The position numbers were made by a program, and so were the translations under genes. The notes beneath the pieces are model-generated. The model worked only from the letters and a program-made list of their open reading frames with translations, did not search any database and had not been told where the DNA came from. From assembly GCF_004353825.1 (NCBI RefSeq), contig NZ_SMNA01000002.1:186001-250000 (forward strand): 64,000 nt of DNA, written 5' to 3'. This document shows, piece by piece, positions 28,923 to 37,588 of the stretch. The stretch's first letter is position 1, and each line of letters starts with the position of its first letter. Origin of the DNA: Occultella glacieicola (lineage in GTDB: Bacteria; Actinomycetota; Actinomycetes; Actinomycetales; Beutenbergiaceae).

Positions 28923-29399
28923 ATGGCTCGACTCACCGCCGGCGACCCGGCACCCGACTTCACCCTGCCCACCTCCGACGGTGGCTCGCTCACGCTGAGC
29001 GCCGTGCTGCCGACCGCCGAAAACGGCGTGATCGTCTACTTCTACCCCGCTGCGGGCACGCCCGGCTGCACGAAGGAGGCGTGCGACTTCCGGGACTCGT
29101 TGGCCTCCCTCCAGGGCGCCGGATACGCCGTCGTGGGTGTCTCGCCGGACCCCGTGGGCAAGCTCAAGGCCTTCGTCGAGGCCGAGTCGCTGACGTTCCC
29201 GCTCGTCAGTGACGTTGAACACACGACTCTCGAGGCGTACGGCGCCTGGGGCGAGAAGAAGAACTACGGACGTACCTACACCGGGGTCATCCGCTCCACC
29301 GTGGTGGTTGCCCCTGACGGGACCGTGGCACTGGCCCAGTACAACGTGAAGGCCACCGGTCACGTCGCCAAGCTGCGTCGCGACCTCACGATCGACTGA
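28923..29399 (+). CDS. bcp: Thioredoxin-dependent thiol peroxidase
   Basis: GDPAPDFTL, YFYPAAGTPGCTKEACDFRD, YGAWGEKKNYG, VIRST. Confidence 0.95.
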   Translation: MARLTAGDPAPDFTLPTSDGGSLTLSAVLPTAENGVIVYFYPAAGTPGCTKEACDFRDSLASLQGAGYAVVGVSPDPVGKLKAFVEAESLTFPLVSDVEHTTLEAYGAWGEKKNYGRTYTGVIRSTVVVAPDGTVALAQYNVKATGHVAKLRRDLTID

Positions 29400-29415
29400 T
29401 CACCCGGCCGGGCGC

Positions 29416-29452
29416 CGCGCGGAACCGGCCCCACCGGTGCCGGTTCCGCGCG
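29416..29452 (+). terminator. Stem-loop after bcp
   Basis: CGCGCGGAACCGGC / GCCGGTTCCGCGCG, perfect 14-bp stem. Confidence 0.6.
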
Positions 29453-29479
29453 TTGGAGCGCCTAGGCTTGGGGACGCGG

Positions 29480-29561
29480 GCGCGAGTGGCGTAATTGGCA
29501 GCCGCGCAGGATTTAGGTTCCTGTGCCTTCGGGCGTGTGGGTTCGAGTCCCATCTCGCGCA
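29480..29561 (+). tRNA. tRNA-Leu (TAG)
   Basis: GCGCGAG/CTCGCGC acceptor, CAGGA-TTTAGGT-TCCTG anticodon arm, long variable arm, GGTTCGAGTCC; TAGGCT -10 upstream. Confidence 0.95.
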
Positions 29562-29580
29562 CACCGGTGGTTCCCCGTCC

Positions 29581-30267
29581 TCAGGAGGGCGGGGCTGCCA
29601 CCGCCTTCCTTGGCTTCGTGCGCGCCTTGAGTTCGGCGGCCTGCTGGGCCTTCGTGGCCGCGAACGAGCAGATCGGGCAGGTCGCGAAGACGTGCCGCTG
29701 CGCGGGGCAGTACTCACGACCGAAGTAGATGATCTGGAGGTGCCGCCGGTTCCAGGTGTCCTTCGGGAACGCCTTCTTCAGGTCCACCTCCACCTTCTCG
29801 ACCGTGGTGCCGCGGGACAGTCCCCAGCGCCGGGCGAGCCGGAAGATGTGGGTGTCGATCGGGAACGCGGGCACGCCGAACGCCTGCGCCATCACGACGC
29901 TCGCGGTCTTGTGGCCGACCCCGGCGAGGCCCTCGAGGAAGTCCCAGTCGGGCACAAGTTCGCCACCGGCATCCACGATCTGCCCGGCCGCGGTCCACAC
30001 GTTGCGCGCCTTCGTCGGCGCGAGCCCGACCTCCCGGATCAGTTCGAGGATCCGCTCGGGTCCCAGGGCGTACATCTCGGCGGGCGTGGAGGCTTCGCCG
30101 AACAGCCCCGGGGTGATCTCGTTGACCTTCTTGTCCGTGGTCTGGGCCGACAGCGCCACGGCCACCAGGAGTGTGTACGGATTGACGTGGTCCAGCGGGA
30201 TCGGCGGCTCCGGGTAGAGCCCATCGAGGATCTCGCCGATCCGTGCCACTTTCTCGTCGCGTCGCAT
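29581..30267 (-). CDS. nth: Endonuclease III (HhH-GPD DNA glycosylase)
   Basis: LLVAVALSAQTTD..VN, LAGVGHKTA (catalytic K), FPIDTH (catalytic D). Confidence 0.9.
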   Translation of the reverse strand: MRRDEKVARIGEILDGLYPEPPIPLDHVNPYTLLVAVALSAQTTDKKVNEITPGLFGEASTPAEMYALGPERILELIREVGLAPTKARNVWTAAGQIVDAGGELVPDWDFLEGLAGVGHKTASVVMAQAFGVPAFPIDTHIFRLARRWGLSRGTTVEKVEVDLKKAFPKDTWNRRHLQIIYFGREYCPAQRHVFATCPICSFAATKAQQAAELKARTKPRKAVAAPPS

Positions 30268-30340
30268 GCGCTCACGCTAGCCGCAGACACCGACAGCCAC
30301 CGATATCGCGTGCCCGGCCCTTCGGACCGGGCCGGCCGCG

Positions 30341-31588
30341 TCACCGCTCGAGCGGAGCCGGCGAGGCGATGACCGGCTCGGCCGGCATCCGGACGGCCGA
30401 CGGCCTGGGCACGAGTTCGCTCTGCAGCACCAGCGCGGCCGCCCCGATCGCGGCCGCCTCGTGCGCGGTCGAGGAGATTCGCACGCGCAGCCCGTGGCTG
30501 CCACGCGCGAAGAATGCCCGCTCGAGATGCTCCTCGATCACCGGGAGGTAGAGGGAACCCGCGACGGCGAAGGCCGGCCCGGTGAGCACGATGTGGTCGA
30601 GGTCCATCACCGTGGCCAGGGTCTGGGCCGCCACCGCCAGGTACCGGGCCGAGAACGTCAGGAGCGAGGACGCCACCGCATCGCCGCGCAACGCCGCCCG
30701 CGCGAGGGTGCCGAAGTCCTCGGTCGCCGGCCGGCCGGCCGGACCCAGGTCGACGCCGCGGGCCCGTGCGGCCGCGACGACCGCGGCGGGTCCGGCGACC
30801 GCCTCGACGCACCCGCGGGAACCGCACCAGCAGTCCGGCCCGGTGAGGTCGACGCACACGTGGCCGATCTCGCCGGCGTTGGAACTGGACCCGCGGTAGA
30901 CGGAGCCGTCGACGAGCACGCCGGCGCCGACGCCGGCGGCCATGTAGAGGGCACCGAACGAGGAGGTCGACTCGATCCCGCCCGACCAGTACTCGCCCAC
31001 GGCGGCGGCGGTGGCGTCGTTGTCCAACAGGACCGGCATCCCGAGCGCCGACTCGAGTGCATCCGCGAGCGCGAACCCGGCCAGCCGTGCCGGCTCGGGG
31101 GTCCTGGTCCAGGTGGAGGCGGCGTAGGACAGCGGTCCGGGGCCGACCACACCCACGCCGAGGACCCGGTCCCGCTCCACGTCGACCCGGTGCATCAGGT
31201 CCTCGACCTCACGCGCGACCCGTCCGACGATCTCCTCGGCCGTGTCACTGCCGGTGCCGGCGGTGCGCCACCTCGTCACCACACCGCCGCCGAGGTTGGC
31301 GATCACGTACGTGATGCCGGCCGTGTCCAGGTGCACCCCGACCGCGAACCGGGCCAGTGGCTGCAGCCGCAGCAGGGTGCGCGGCTTCCCGCCGGTCGAC
31401 TCGGCGCGTCCGACCTCCACGATCAGGCCCTCGTCGATCAGTCGGCGCACCACGGTCGACACGGTCGCGCCGGTCAGTCCGGTGGCCCGGGTCAGTTCCA
31501 CCCGGCTGATCGTGCCCGCGGCCCGCACGACGTCCAGGATCGCCGATCGGCTGCGCGTCTGCTGCGCACCGCCACCGTCCGTGCCCAT
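30341..31588 (-). CDS. ROK-family transcriptional regulator
   Basis: ISRVELTRATGLTGATVS HTH, STGGKP, DNDATAAAVGE, AGEIGH, CWCGSRGCVE. Confidence 0.93.
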   Translation of the reverse strand: MGTDGGGAQQTRSRSAILDVVRAAGTISRVELTRATGLTGATVSTVVRRLIDEGLIVEVGRAESTGGKPRTLLRLQPLARFAVGVHLDTAGITYVIANLGGGVVTRWRTAGTGSDTAEEIVGRVAREVEDLMHRVDVERDRVLGVGVVGPGPLSYAASTWTRTPEPARLAGFALADALESALGMPVLLDNDATAAAVGEYWSGGIESTSSFGALYMAAGVGAGVLVDGSVYRGSSSNAGEIGHVCVDLTGPDCWCGSRGCVEAVAGPAAVVAAARARGVDLGPAGRPATEDFGTLARAALRGDAVASSLLTFSARYLAVAAQTLATVMDLDHIVLTGPAFAVAGSLYLPVIEEHLERAFFARGSHGLRVRISSTAHEAAAIGAAALVLQSELVPRPSAVRMPAEPVIASPAPLER

Positions 31589-31655
31589 CGTGGGGCTCCT
31601 CTCTCTCCTTCCCCCCAGTCTCCCGCGTCCAGCGCCGTGGCGATGACGCCCTCGG

Positions 31656-32465
31656 TCACGGGCCGGCCAGTTCCCGCAGCCGCCGCTCCGGGTCGGGTGC
31701 CGCCGCGCGGAGCAGCTTCGTGTACTCGTGCTGCGGGTCGAGGATCACGTCGTCCGCCGGGCCGCGCTCGACCACGCTGCCTCGGTACATCACCAGGATC
31801 TCGTCGGAGAAGTGCCGCGCGGTCGCGAGATCGTGCGTGATGTAGAGGACGCCGAGGTGCTCCTGGCGCTGCAGTTCGGCGAGGAGGTTGAGGACCCCGA
31901 GCCGGATCGAGACGTCGAGCATCGAGACCGGCTCGTCCGCGATCAGGATCCCGGGACCGGGGGCGAGAGCCCGCGCGATCGCGACTCGCTGCCGCTGACC
32001 GCCGGAGAGTTCGTGCGGGCGCCGGGCGGCGAACTCCTCGACCGGATCGAGACGGACCCTGGCCAACAGTTCGTGGATGCGGTCGAGGACCGCGGTGCGG
32101 CCGAGTTCCGGATGGTGCAGCGTGACCGGTCGGGCCAGGTGGTGCGCAACCGTGTGATAGGGATTCAGGGACGCGAACGGGTCCTGGAACACCATCTGCA
32201 CGATGCCGCGGTAGGCGTGGCCGGCGGCGCCGCGGCGGGGCAGGTCCCTGCCGTCCAGGAGGATCCGTCCTGACGTCGGCCGTTCGAGCCGCAGCAACAG
32301 TTTCGCGACCGTCGACTTCCCCGATCCGGACTGGCCGACGAGTGCGGTCGTGCGCCCGGGTTCGAGGGTGAAGCTCACGTCGTCGACGGCGCGCAGCACC
32401 GAGTGCCGGAACCCGCTCCGGAGCCGGTACTCCTTGACGACGTCGCGCAGTTCCAGCGTGGTCAC
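31656..32465 (-). CDS. Family-5 (Opp-type) ABC ATP-binding protein
   Basis: GQSGSGKST, VFQDPFASLNP, LSGGQRQR, ADEPVSMLD. Confidence 0.92.
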   Translation of the reverse strand: MTTLELRDVVKEYRLRSGFRHSVLRAVDDVSFTLEPGRTTALVGQSGSGKSTVAKLLLRLERPTSGRILLDGRDLPRRGAAGHAYRGIVQMVFQDPFASLNPYHTVAHHLARPVTLHHPELGRTAVLDRIHELLARVRLDPVEEFAARRPHELSGGQRQRVAIARALAPGPGILIADEPVSMLDVSIRLGVLNLLAELQRQEHLGVLYITHDLATARHFSDEILVMYRGSVVERGPADDVILDPQHEYTKLLRAAAPDPERRLRELAGP

Positions 32466-33421
32466 CGGGCCACCTCCTCGGTCAGGCGGGGGCCGGCTCC
32501 GGCCCCCGTGCGGATGAAGTCGCCGCGCGCACCGGTCAGGCTCGGGAACGAGTCGAGCAGCGCCCGCGTGTACTCGTGCTGTGGATCGGTGTACAAGGCG
32601 CGTGAGTCCGCGATCTCGACGATGCGGCCCTCGCGCATGACGGCGATCCGGTCGCTGATCTCGAGCAGTAGGGGCAGGTCGTGCGTGATGAAGATGACGG
32701 CGAAGCCGAGCTCCTCGCGCAGCCGCGTCAGCTCCTGCAGGATCTCCCGCTGCACCACGACGTCGAGCGCCGTGGTCGGCTCGTCCATCAACAGCACCTG
32801 CGGGTCGAGCGCGAGCGCCATGGCGATCATGACGCGCTGGCGCATCCCGCCGGAGAGTTCGTGCGGGTAGGACGAGAGCCGGTCCGGGTCGACGCCCACC
32901 CGCTCGAGCAGCTCCGCGCTGCGCCGTCTGCGAGTACGGCCGTCGAGGTCGGGGCGGTGGGTGGTGAACACGTCCTCGAGCTGGTCGCGGATCCGGATCA
33001 CCGGATTGAGCGAGTTCATCGCACCCTGGAACACCATCGCGATCTTGTCCCAGCGGAACGCCCGCAGGTCCTCGCCGTGCAGGTTCCCGAGGTCGAGGGC
33101 GTGCCCCTCACGGGAGTGGAACAGCACTCGGCCGCCGACGATCTTGGCCGGGGGCTTGAGGAGTCGGGTCACGGCGTAGGCGAGGGTGCTCTTGCCGCAG
33201 CCGCTCTCCCCCGCCAGCCCGAGCACCTCGCCCCGGTGCAGGGTGAGCGAGACGTCGCGGACGGCGTGCACCGGCTCGGCCACGAGGTAGTCGACACTGA
33301 CCGAGTCGATCTCCAGCACGATCGGGCGGTAGCCGCGATCCGACGGCGCAGGCACGGTCGCGTCGGTCTGCGTGGCCGCCGCGCCCTGCACCGTCGACGA
33401 CGGTCCCGATGTCCGGCTCAT
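32462..33421 (-). CDS. Family-5 (Opp-type) ABC ATP-binding protein
   Basis: GESGCGKST, FQGAMNSLNP, YPHELSGGMRQR, MDEPTTALD. Confidence 0.92.
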   Translation of the reverse strand: MSRTSGPSSTVQGAAATQTDATVPAPSDRGYRPIVLEIDSVSVDYLVAEPVHAVRDVSLTLHRGEVLGLAGESGCGKSTLAYAVTRLLKPPAKIVGGRVLFHSREGHALDLGNLHGEDLRAFRWDKIAMVFQGAMNSLNPVIRIRDQLEDVFTTHRPDLDGRTRRRRSAELLERVGVDPDRLSSYPHELSGGMRQRVMIAMALALDPQVLLMDEPTTALDVVVQREILQELTRLREELGFAVIFITHDLPLLLEISDRIAVMREGRIVEIADSRALYTDPQHEYTRALLDSFPSLTGARGDFIRTGAGAGPRLTEEVAR

Positions 33422-34380
33422 ACGACCTCCTCCTCGCTCTCGCGCAACTGTTCCTTGGTCATCCGCCAACGCTTGCGCTGTTCCCGGGTGCCGTCCCGGA
33501 GCTTCGGGTTGATGATGCTGTCGATGGCGAAGTTGATCAGCGCGAGGGCGGCGCCGAACACGGCGAGCATCAGCCCGGGTGGGACGAACCACCACCAGGC
33601 GCCGAGCCGCAGCGCGAGGCCGTTCTGGGCGTAGTAGAGCATCGTGCCCCAGGTGAACGACCCGGTCGCCCCGAGCCCCAGGAACGACAGTCCGGCCTCG
33701 CCGAGGATCGCGAAGATCACGGCGAAGACCACCTGGGAGGCGAGCAGCGGCACGAGGTTGGGCAGGATCTCGACCGTGAGGATGCGCCACGACGACTCGC
33801 CGCTGACCCGGGAGGCGAGCACGTAGTCGCGGTTGCGCACACTCAGGGTGAAGCCGCGCAGCACCCGGGCCGAGCCCGCCCAGCTCGTGATGGCCAGGAC
33901 CACGGCGACCATCCACACGCTCTTCTCGGTGACGTAGCTGGAGATCACGATGACCAGCGGAAGTCCCGGGATGACGAGCATGACGTTCGTGAACAGGGAG
34001 AAGGCCTCGTCGGTCCAGCCCCCGGCGAACGCCCCGACCACCCCGAAGAAGGAGGAGAGCAGCAGGGTCAGGATGCCGACCACGAGGCCGATCAGCAGCG
34101 AGCCGCGGGTGGCGTGCGCGAGCTGGGCGAACACGTCCTGGCCGGTCTGGGTGGTGCCCAGCCAGAACTCCGCGGACGGGGGCGTCATCCCGATGTTCCG
34201 CACCTCCGACGGACTGCCGACGAGCAGCGGTCCGACGGCGCCGAAGCCGGCGATCACGATCGTGATGGCGAGCCCGACGGCGAGCTTGGGGGTCATCGGC
34301 GGCAGGGTCCGACGGCGGCGGCGCGGCTGGCTGCGGGCCGCGGCGGCGGCGAGGGCCGGATCCTGGGTGGCGGTCGACAT
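33418..34380 (-). CDS. Family-5 ABC permease (OppC-like)
   Basis: WLGTTQTGQD, RDYVLASR, EAGLSFLGLG, WWWFVPPG. Confidence 0.9.
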   Translation of the reverse strand: MSTATQDPALAAAAARSQPRRRRRTLPPMTPKLAVGLAITIVIAGFGAVGPLLVGSPSEVRNIGMTPPSAEFWLGTTQTGQDVFAQLAHATRGSLLIGLVVGILTLLLSSFFGVVGAFAGGWTDEAFSLFTNVMLVIPGLPLVIVISSYVTEKSVWMVAVVLAITSWAGSARVLRGFTLSVRNRDYVLASRVSGESSWRILTVEILPNLVPLLASQVVFAVIFAILGEAGLSFLGLGATGSFTWGTMLYYAQNGLALRLGAWWWFVPPGLMLAVFGAALALINFAIDSIINPKLRDGTREQRKRWRMTKEQLRESEEEVV

Positions 34381-34388
34381 GGCGGCTC

Positions 34389-35378
34389 CTAGGCGCGGGC
34401 CCGCGTGCGCGGGTCGATGACGGTGTACAGGAGGTCGACGAGCAGGTTCGCGCCGAGCACGGAGAGTGTGATGACGAGGAAGATCCCCTGCATCAGCGCG
34501 TAGTCGGCGTTGTTGACCGAGGACAGCAGGGCCGAGCCGATGCCCGGGTAGGAGAACACCGATTCGGTGACCACGGACCCGGCGACCACGAATCCGAGCG
34601 AGATCGCGAACCCCGCCACGGAGGGCAGCACGGCGTTGCGTGCCGCGTACACGGCGCGGATCCGGGACGGCCGCAGACCCTTCGCCTCCGCCGTCAGGAT
34701 GTAGTCCTCCGCGAGCGTGGACACCATCATGTTCCGCATCCCGAGCATCCAGCCGCCCACGGACGAGATGACGATCGTCAGGGCCGGCAGCGTGCCGTAG
34801 TAGATGACCGAGCCCACGAAGTCCCAGGTCCACCCGGGCGAGGTCGTGTAGATGTCGTAGCCCCCGTTGAGCGGGAAGACCTGCCACACGCTCCCGAACA
34901 GGAACAGCAGCACGAGCGCCAACCAGAAGTACGGGACGGACTGCAGCAGGGTGAGCGAGGGCACCATGTTGTCGATCCAGGACCCACGCTTCCAGCCGGC
35001 GAAGGTGCCCAGGCCGACGCCGATGACGAAGGAGATGAGCGTGGACAGCCCGACGAGCCCGACCGTCCACGGCAACGTCTGCCCGATGACGTCGACCACC
35101 GGCGTCGGGAAGTAGGCGACCGAGACCCCGAGATCGCCTCGGAAGATCTGCTGGAGGTAGTCGATGTACTGGTGCCACAACGGCACCGAGGAGTCCATCC
35201 CCAGCAGCAACTCGATGGCGTGCCGCGTGGCCGGTGTCACCTCGCCGCGTTGGGCGAGTTTGGAGACCAAGATGTCCACCGGGTTCCCCGGCATCCACCG
35301 GGGCAGGAAGAAGTTGAGGGTCAGGGCCGCCCACAGGGCGACCAGGTAGAAGCCGAGCTTCTGCCACAGGAATCTCAC
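34389..35378 (-). CDS. Family-5 ABC permease (OppB-like)
   Basis: PRWMPGNP, GDLGVS, EDYILTAEAKGL, ESVFSYPGIG, DPRTR. Confidence 0.9.
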   Translation of the reverse strand: MRFLWQKLGFYLVALWAALTLNFFLPRWMPGNPVDILVSKLAQRGEVTPATRHAIELLLGMDSSVPLWHQYIDYLQQIFRGDLGVSVAYFPTPVVDVIGQTLPWTVGLVGLSTLISFVIGVGLGTFAGWKRGSWIDNMVPSLTLLQSVPYFWLALVLLFLFGSVWQVFPLNGGYDIYTTSPGWTWDFVGSVIYYGTLPALTIVISSVGGWMLGMRNMMVSTLAEDYILTAEAKGLRPSRIRAVYAARNAVLPSVAGFAISLGFVVAGSVVTESVFSYPGIGSALLSSVNNADYALMQGIFLVITLSVLGANLLVDLLYTVIDPRTRARA

Positions 35379-35426
35379 GTGTGGGCCCTTCGCGGTCTGG
35401 ACGACGGTGTGGGTGGGACCGGTGGC

Positions 35427-35475
35427 CCGGCGGCGTGCGGGCGAGCTGTTTCGGGGCTCGGCCGGACGCCGCCGG
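35427..35475 (-). other. Long imperfect hairpin between SBP and permease (mRNA stabiliser or partial terminator)
   Basis: CCGGCGGCGT..CGG.CGAGC / GCTCG.CCG.ACGCCGCCGG complementary arms. Confidence 0.5.
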
Positions 35476-35483
35476 ACGCCGCG

Positions 35484-37187
35484 TCACTCCGCCGGGACGA
35501 TCCGCTGCAGGACGATGCCCGCGTCCCACGCCTTCCAGGTGGCGGGCATGGCGTAGGGGTCCTCGTTCGTGGGCCAGCCGGTGACCCGCGAGGTGTTGAA
35601 CTCGGTGAGCATCGAGTTGACGTAGATCGGGATGTACGGCAGGTCCGCCACGATCTGCTCCTGGACGATCGCGAACTGCTCGGCCTGAACCTCCTCGTCC
35701 GCCGTCGCGGCCGCGGTCTCCAGCGCCGCGTCGACGGCCGGGTTGCTGTACCGGGCGAAGTTGCCCGAGGTTGCCGCCTCACCGACCGGCACCGTGTTCA
35801 CCGAGTGGTACTTGCCGATGTAGGTGAAGTACGGGTTGCTCGAGGCACCCAGGCCGATCGAGTCCAGCGAGAGCTGGAAGGTGCCCTGGGTCTGCGAGTC
35901 GTTCCACTCGTTCCAGGCCACCTGCGTGGGAACGAGTTCGATGCCGACGGCGGCGAGCTGTTGCGTCATCGCGTCGTTGAGCGAGATGAAGTCGCTCCAG
36001 CCCGACACCGTCTGGATCGTCATCGACAACCGCTCCCCGTCCCGGGTCCGGATGCCGTCGGAACCCGGCTCCCAGCCCGCAGCGTCGAGGATCGCGTTGG
36101 CCTGCTCGACATCGGCACCCTCCGGGGTGCTGACGCTCTCGGGATCGTCGATCCAGGCGTCGTCGCGGCCCGGGATGAGCAGGGTCGGGGACGCTGTACC
36201 CGCGAACCCGCCACCGGCGAGGGTGTTGAGCTGGGTGCGGTCGATCGCCCAATAGATCGCCTGGCGCACCGCCGGGTCGGTCTGCGGACCCTCGCAACCG
36301 AGGTCGGCGTTGGAACAGGTGAAGATCGAGGCGGTCAGCGCGGGGGTGTTGACGTAGCCGATCTCCTCGTTGTCGGCGATCAACTGCTCGAGACCGGGCA
36401 GGAACGAACTCATCCAGTCGATCTGGCCGGCGATGAGCGCGGCGCTGTTGGCGTCCGCGGAGTCGAGCGGCACGTACCGGACCTCGTCGACGGCCGGCTC
36501 ACCGTTCCAGTAGTTCTCGTTGCTGGTCAGTACGAACGTCTCGGTCGAGAAGTCGGAGACCACGAACGGTCCGGTGCCGACCGGGTCGGAGTTGATGTTG
36601 GTGGTCGGATCATCGATCGCGGACCAGATGTGCTCGGGGACGATGCCCTGGTTGCCCAGCACGCTGGGCTCCTGCATGAAGGACGTCTCCGGGAAGCTGA
36701 GCACGACGGTCGTGTCGTCGACCGCCTCCGCCGTGGCCGAGTTCCCGCTCGTGTTGAGTTCCGGGGTCTGGCTGATCAGGTTGAAGGTGAAGGCGACGTC
36801 CGCGGCGGTGAACGGCTCACCGTCGGACCACTGCACGCCCTCCCTGGTCGTGATGGTCAACTGGGTGCCGTCGGAGTTCCACTCGTACCCGGTGGCGAGC
36901 ATCGGCGTCGGATCGGCCTCGGCCGCGAGGTTGTACCAGTAGAGCGTCTCGAAGATGACGCCGCGGGTCGGCTGGAGGGCGGTCGGCGAGAACGGGTTCC
37001 AGTTCTCGACGATCTCGCCGAACGAGACGCTGATCGAGGTGGTGCCGTCGCCCGGGTCGCCGTCGCCGGCGGTCCCGTCGTCGGGTTCGTCGGCCGAGCA
37101 CGCGGCCAAGGACAGGGTGAGTGCCGCGATGGCCGTGGTGGCCACCAGTGCGTGGCGCCGCGCAGGACGCCGGGTCCGAAACTTCAT
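35484..37187 (-). CDS. Family-5 ABC substrate-binding lipoprotein, probably oligosaccharide-binding
   Basis: LSLAAC lipobox; NWNPFS, REGVQWSDGEPFTAADVAFTF, PVGTGPF, VSGWSD. Confidence 0.9.
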   Translation of the reverse strand: MKFRTRRPARRHALVATTAIAALTLSLAACSADEPDDGTAGDGDPGDGTTSISVSFGEIVENWNPFSPTALQPTRGVIFETLYWYNLAAEADPTPMLATGYEWNSDGTQLTITTREGVQWSDGEPFTAADVAFTFNLISQTPELNTSGNSATAEAVDDTTVVLSFPETSFMQEPSVLGNQGIVPEHIWSAIDDPTTNINSDPVGTGPFVVSDFSTETFVLTSNENYWNGEPAVDEVRYVPLDSADANSAALIAGQIDWMSSFLPGLEQLIADNEEIGYVNTPALTASIFTCSNADLGCEGPQTDPAVRQAIYWAIDRTQLNTLAGGGFAGTASPTLLIPGRDDAWIDDPESVSTPEGADVEQANAILDAAGWEPGSDGIRTRDGERLSMTIQTVSGWSDFISLNDAMTQQLAAVGIELVPTQVAWNEWNDSQTQGTFQLSLDSIGLGASSNPYFTYIGKYHSVNTVPVGEAATSGNFARYSNPAVDAALETAAATADEEVQAEQFAIVQEQIVADLPYIPIYVNSMLTEFNTSRVTGWPTNEDPYAMPATWKAWDAGIVLQRIVPAE

Positions 37188-37277
37188 CGTTGAGTCCCTC
37201 GGTTCGGATCGCCGGCTCGCGGCCGGCGATCGGGTGGTGCGAGCACCCGTGGGATACCGGATCGTCGGTGATCGCAG

Positions 37278-37300
37278 AACTTTTGTAGCCGATCTAAGTT
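37278..37300. promoter_or_regulatory. Candidate operator in the SBP/GH2 divergent region
   Basis: AACTTTTGTAGCCGATCTAAGTT with palindromic ends; a related ACTTAGTTCA..GAAGAAT follows a TTGACG at about 37491-37520. Confidence 0.4.
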
Positions 37301-37588
37301 ATCCAGGTCAAGGGTCCGAGCGAACCGGTTCGACGGCAGAGACGCCGAGCCGAAGTCGGTCCGGCGGGAGCTGCGACGGGCCTGACCGGTCGCCCCGCCA
37401 CCCCCGATTTCCCCTGAAACTCGAGCAACTCTCTGGAGCCCCGTGCCACCACCGCGCCAGTGGCGCGCCCTCTGAAGGTCCCGTGACGGGTTGACGGACT
37501 TAGTTCATGGGTCGAAGAATCACTTCTCGACGCGTGCCGTGCCACGATGACCTTCGGCCGTGACCACCTGAGCCCCCGGAGGACCCGT

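Noticed and set aside
37207..37231. Hairpin GATCGCCGGC/GCCGGCGATC in the SBP leader as a riboswitch
   Set aside because: A single GC-rich stem with no recognisable aptamer consensus
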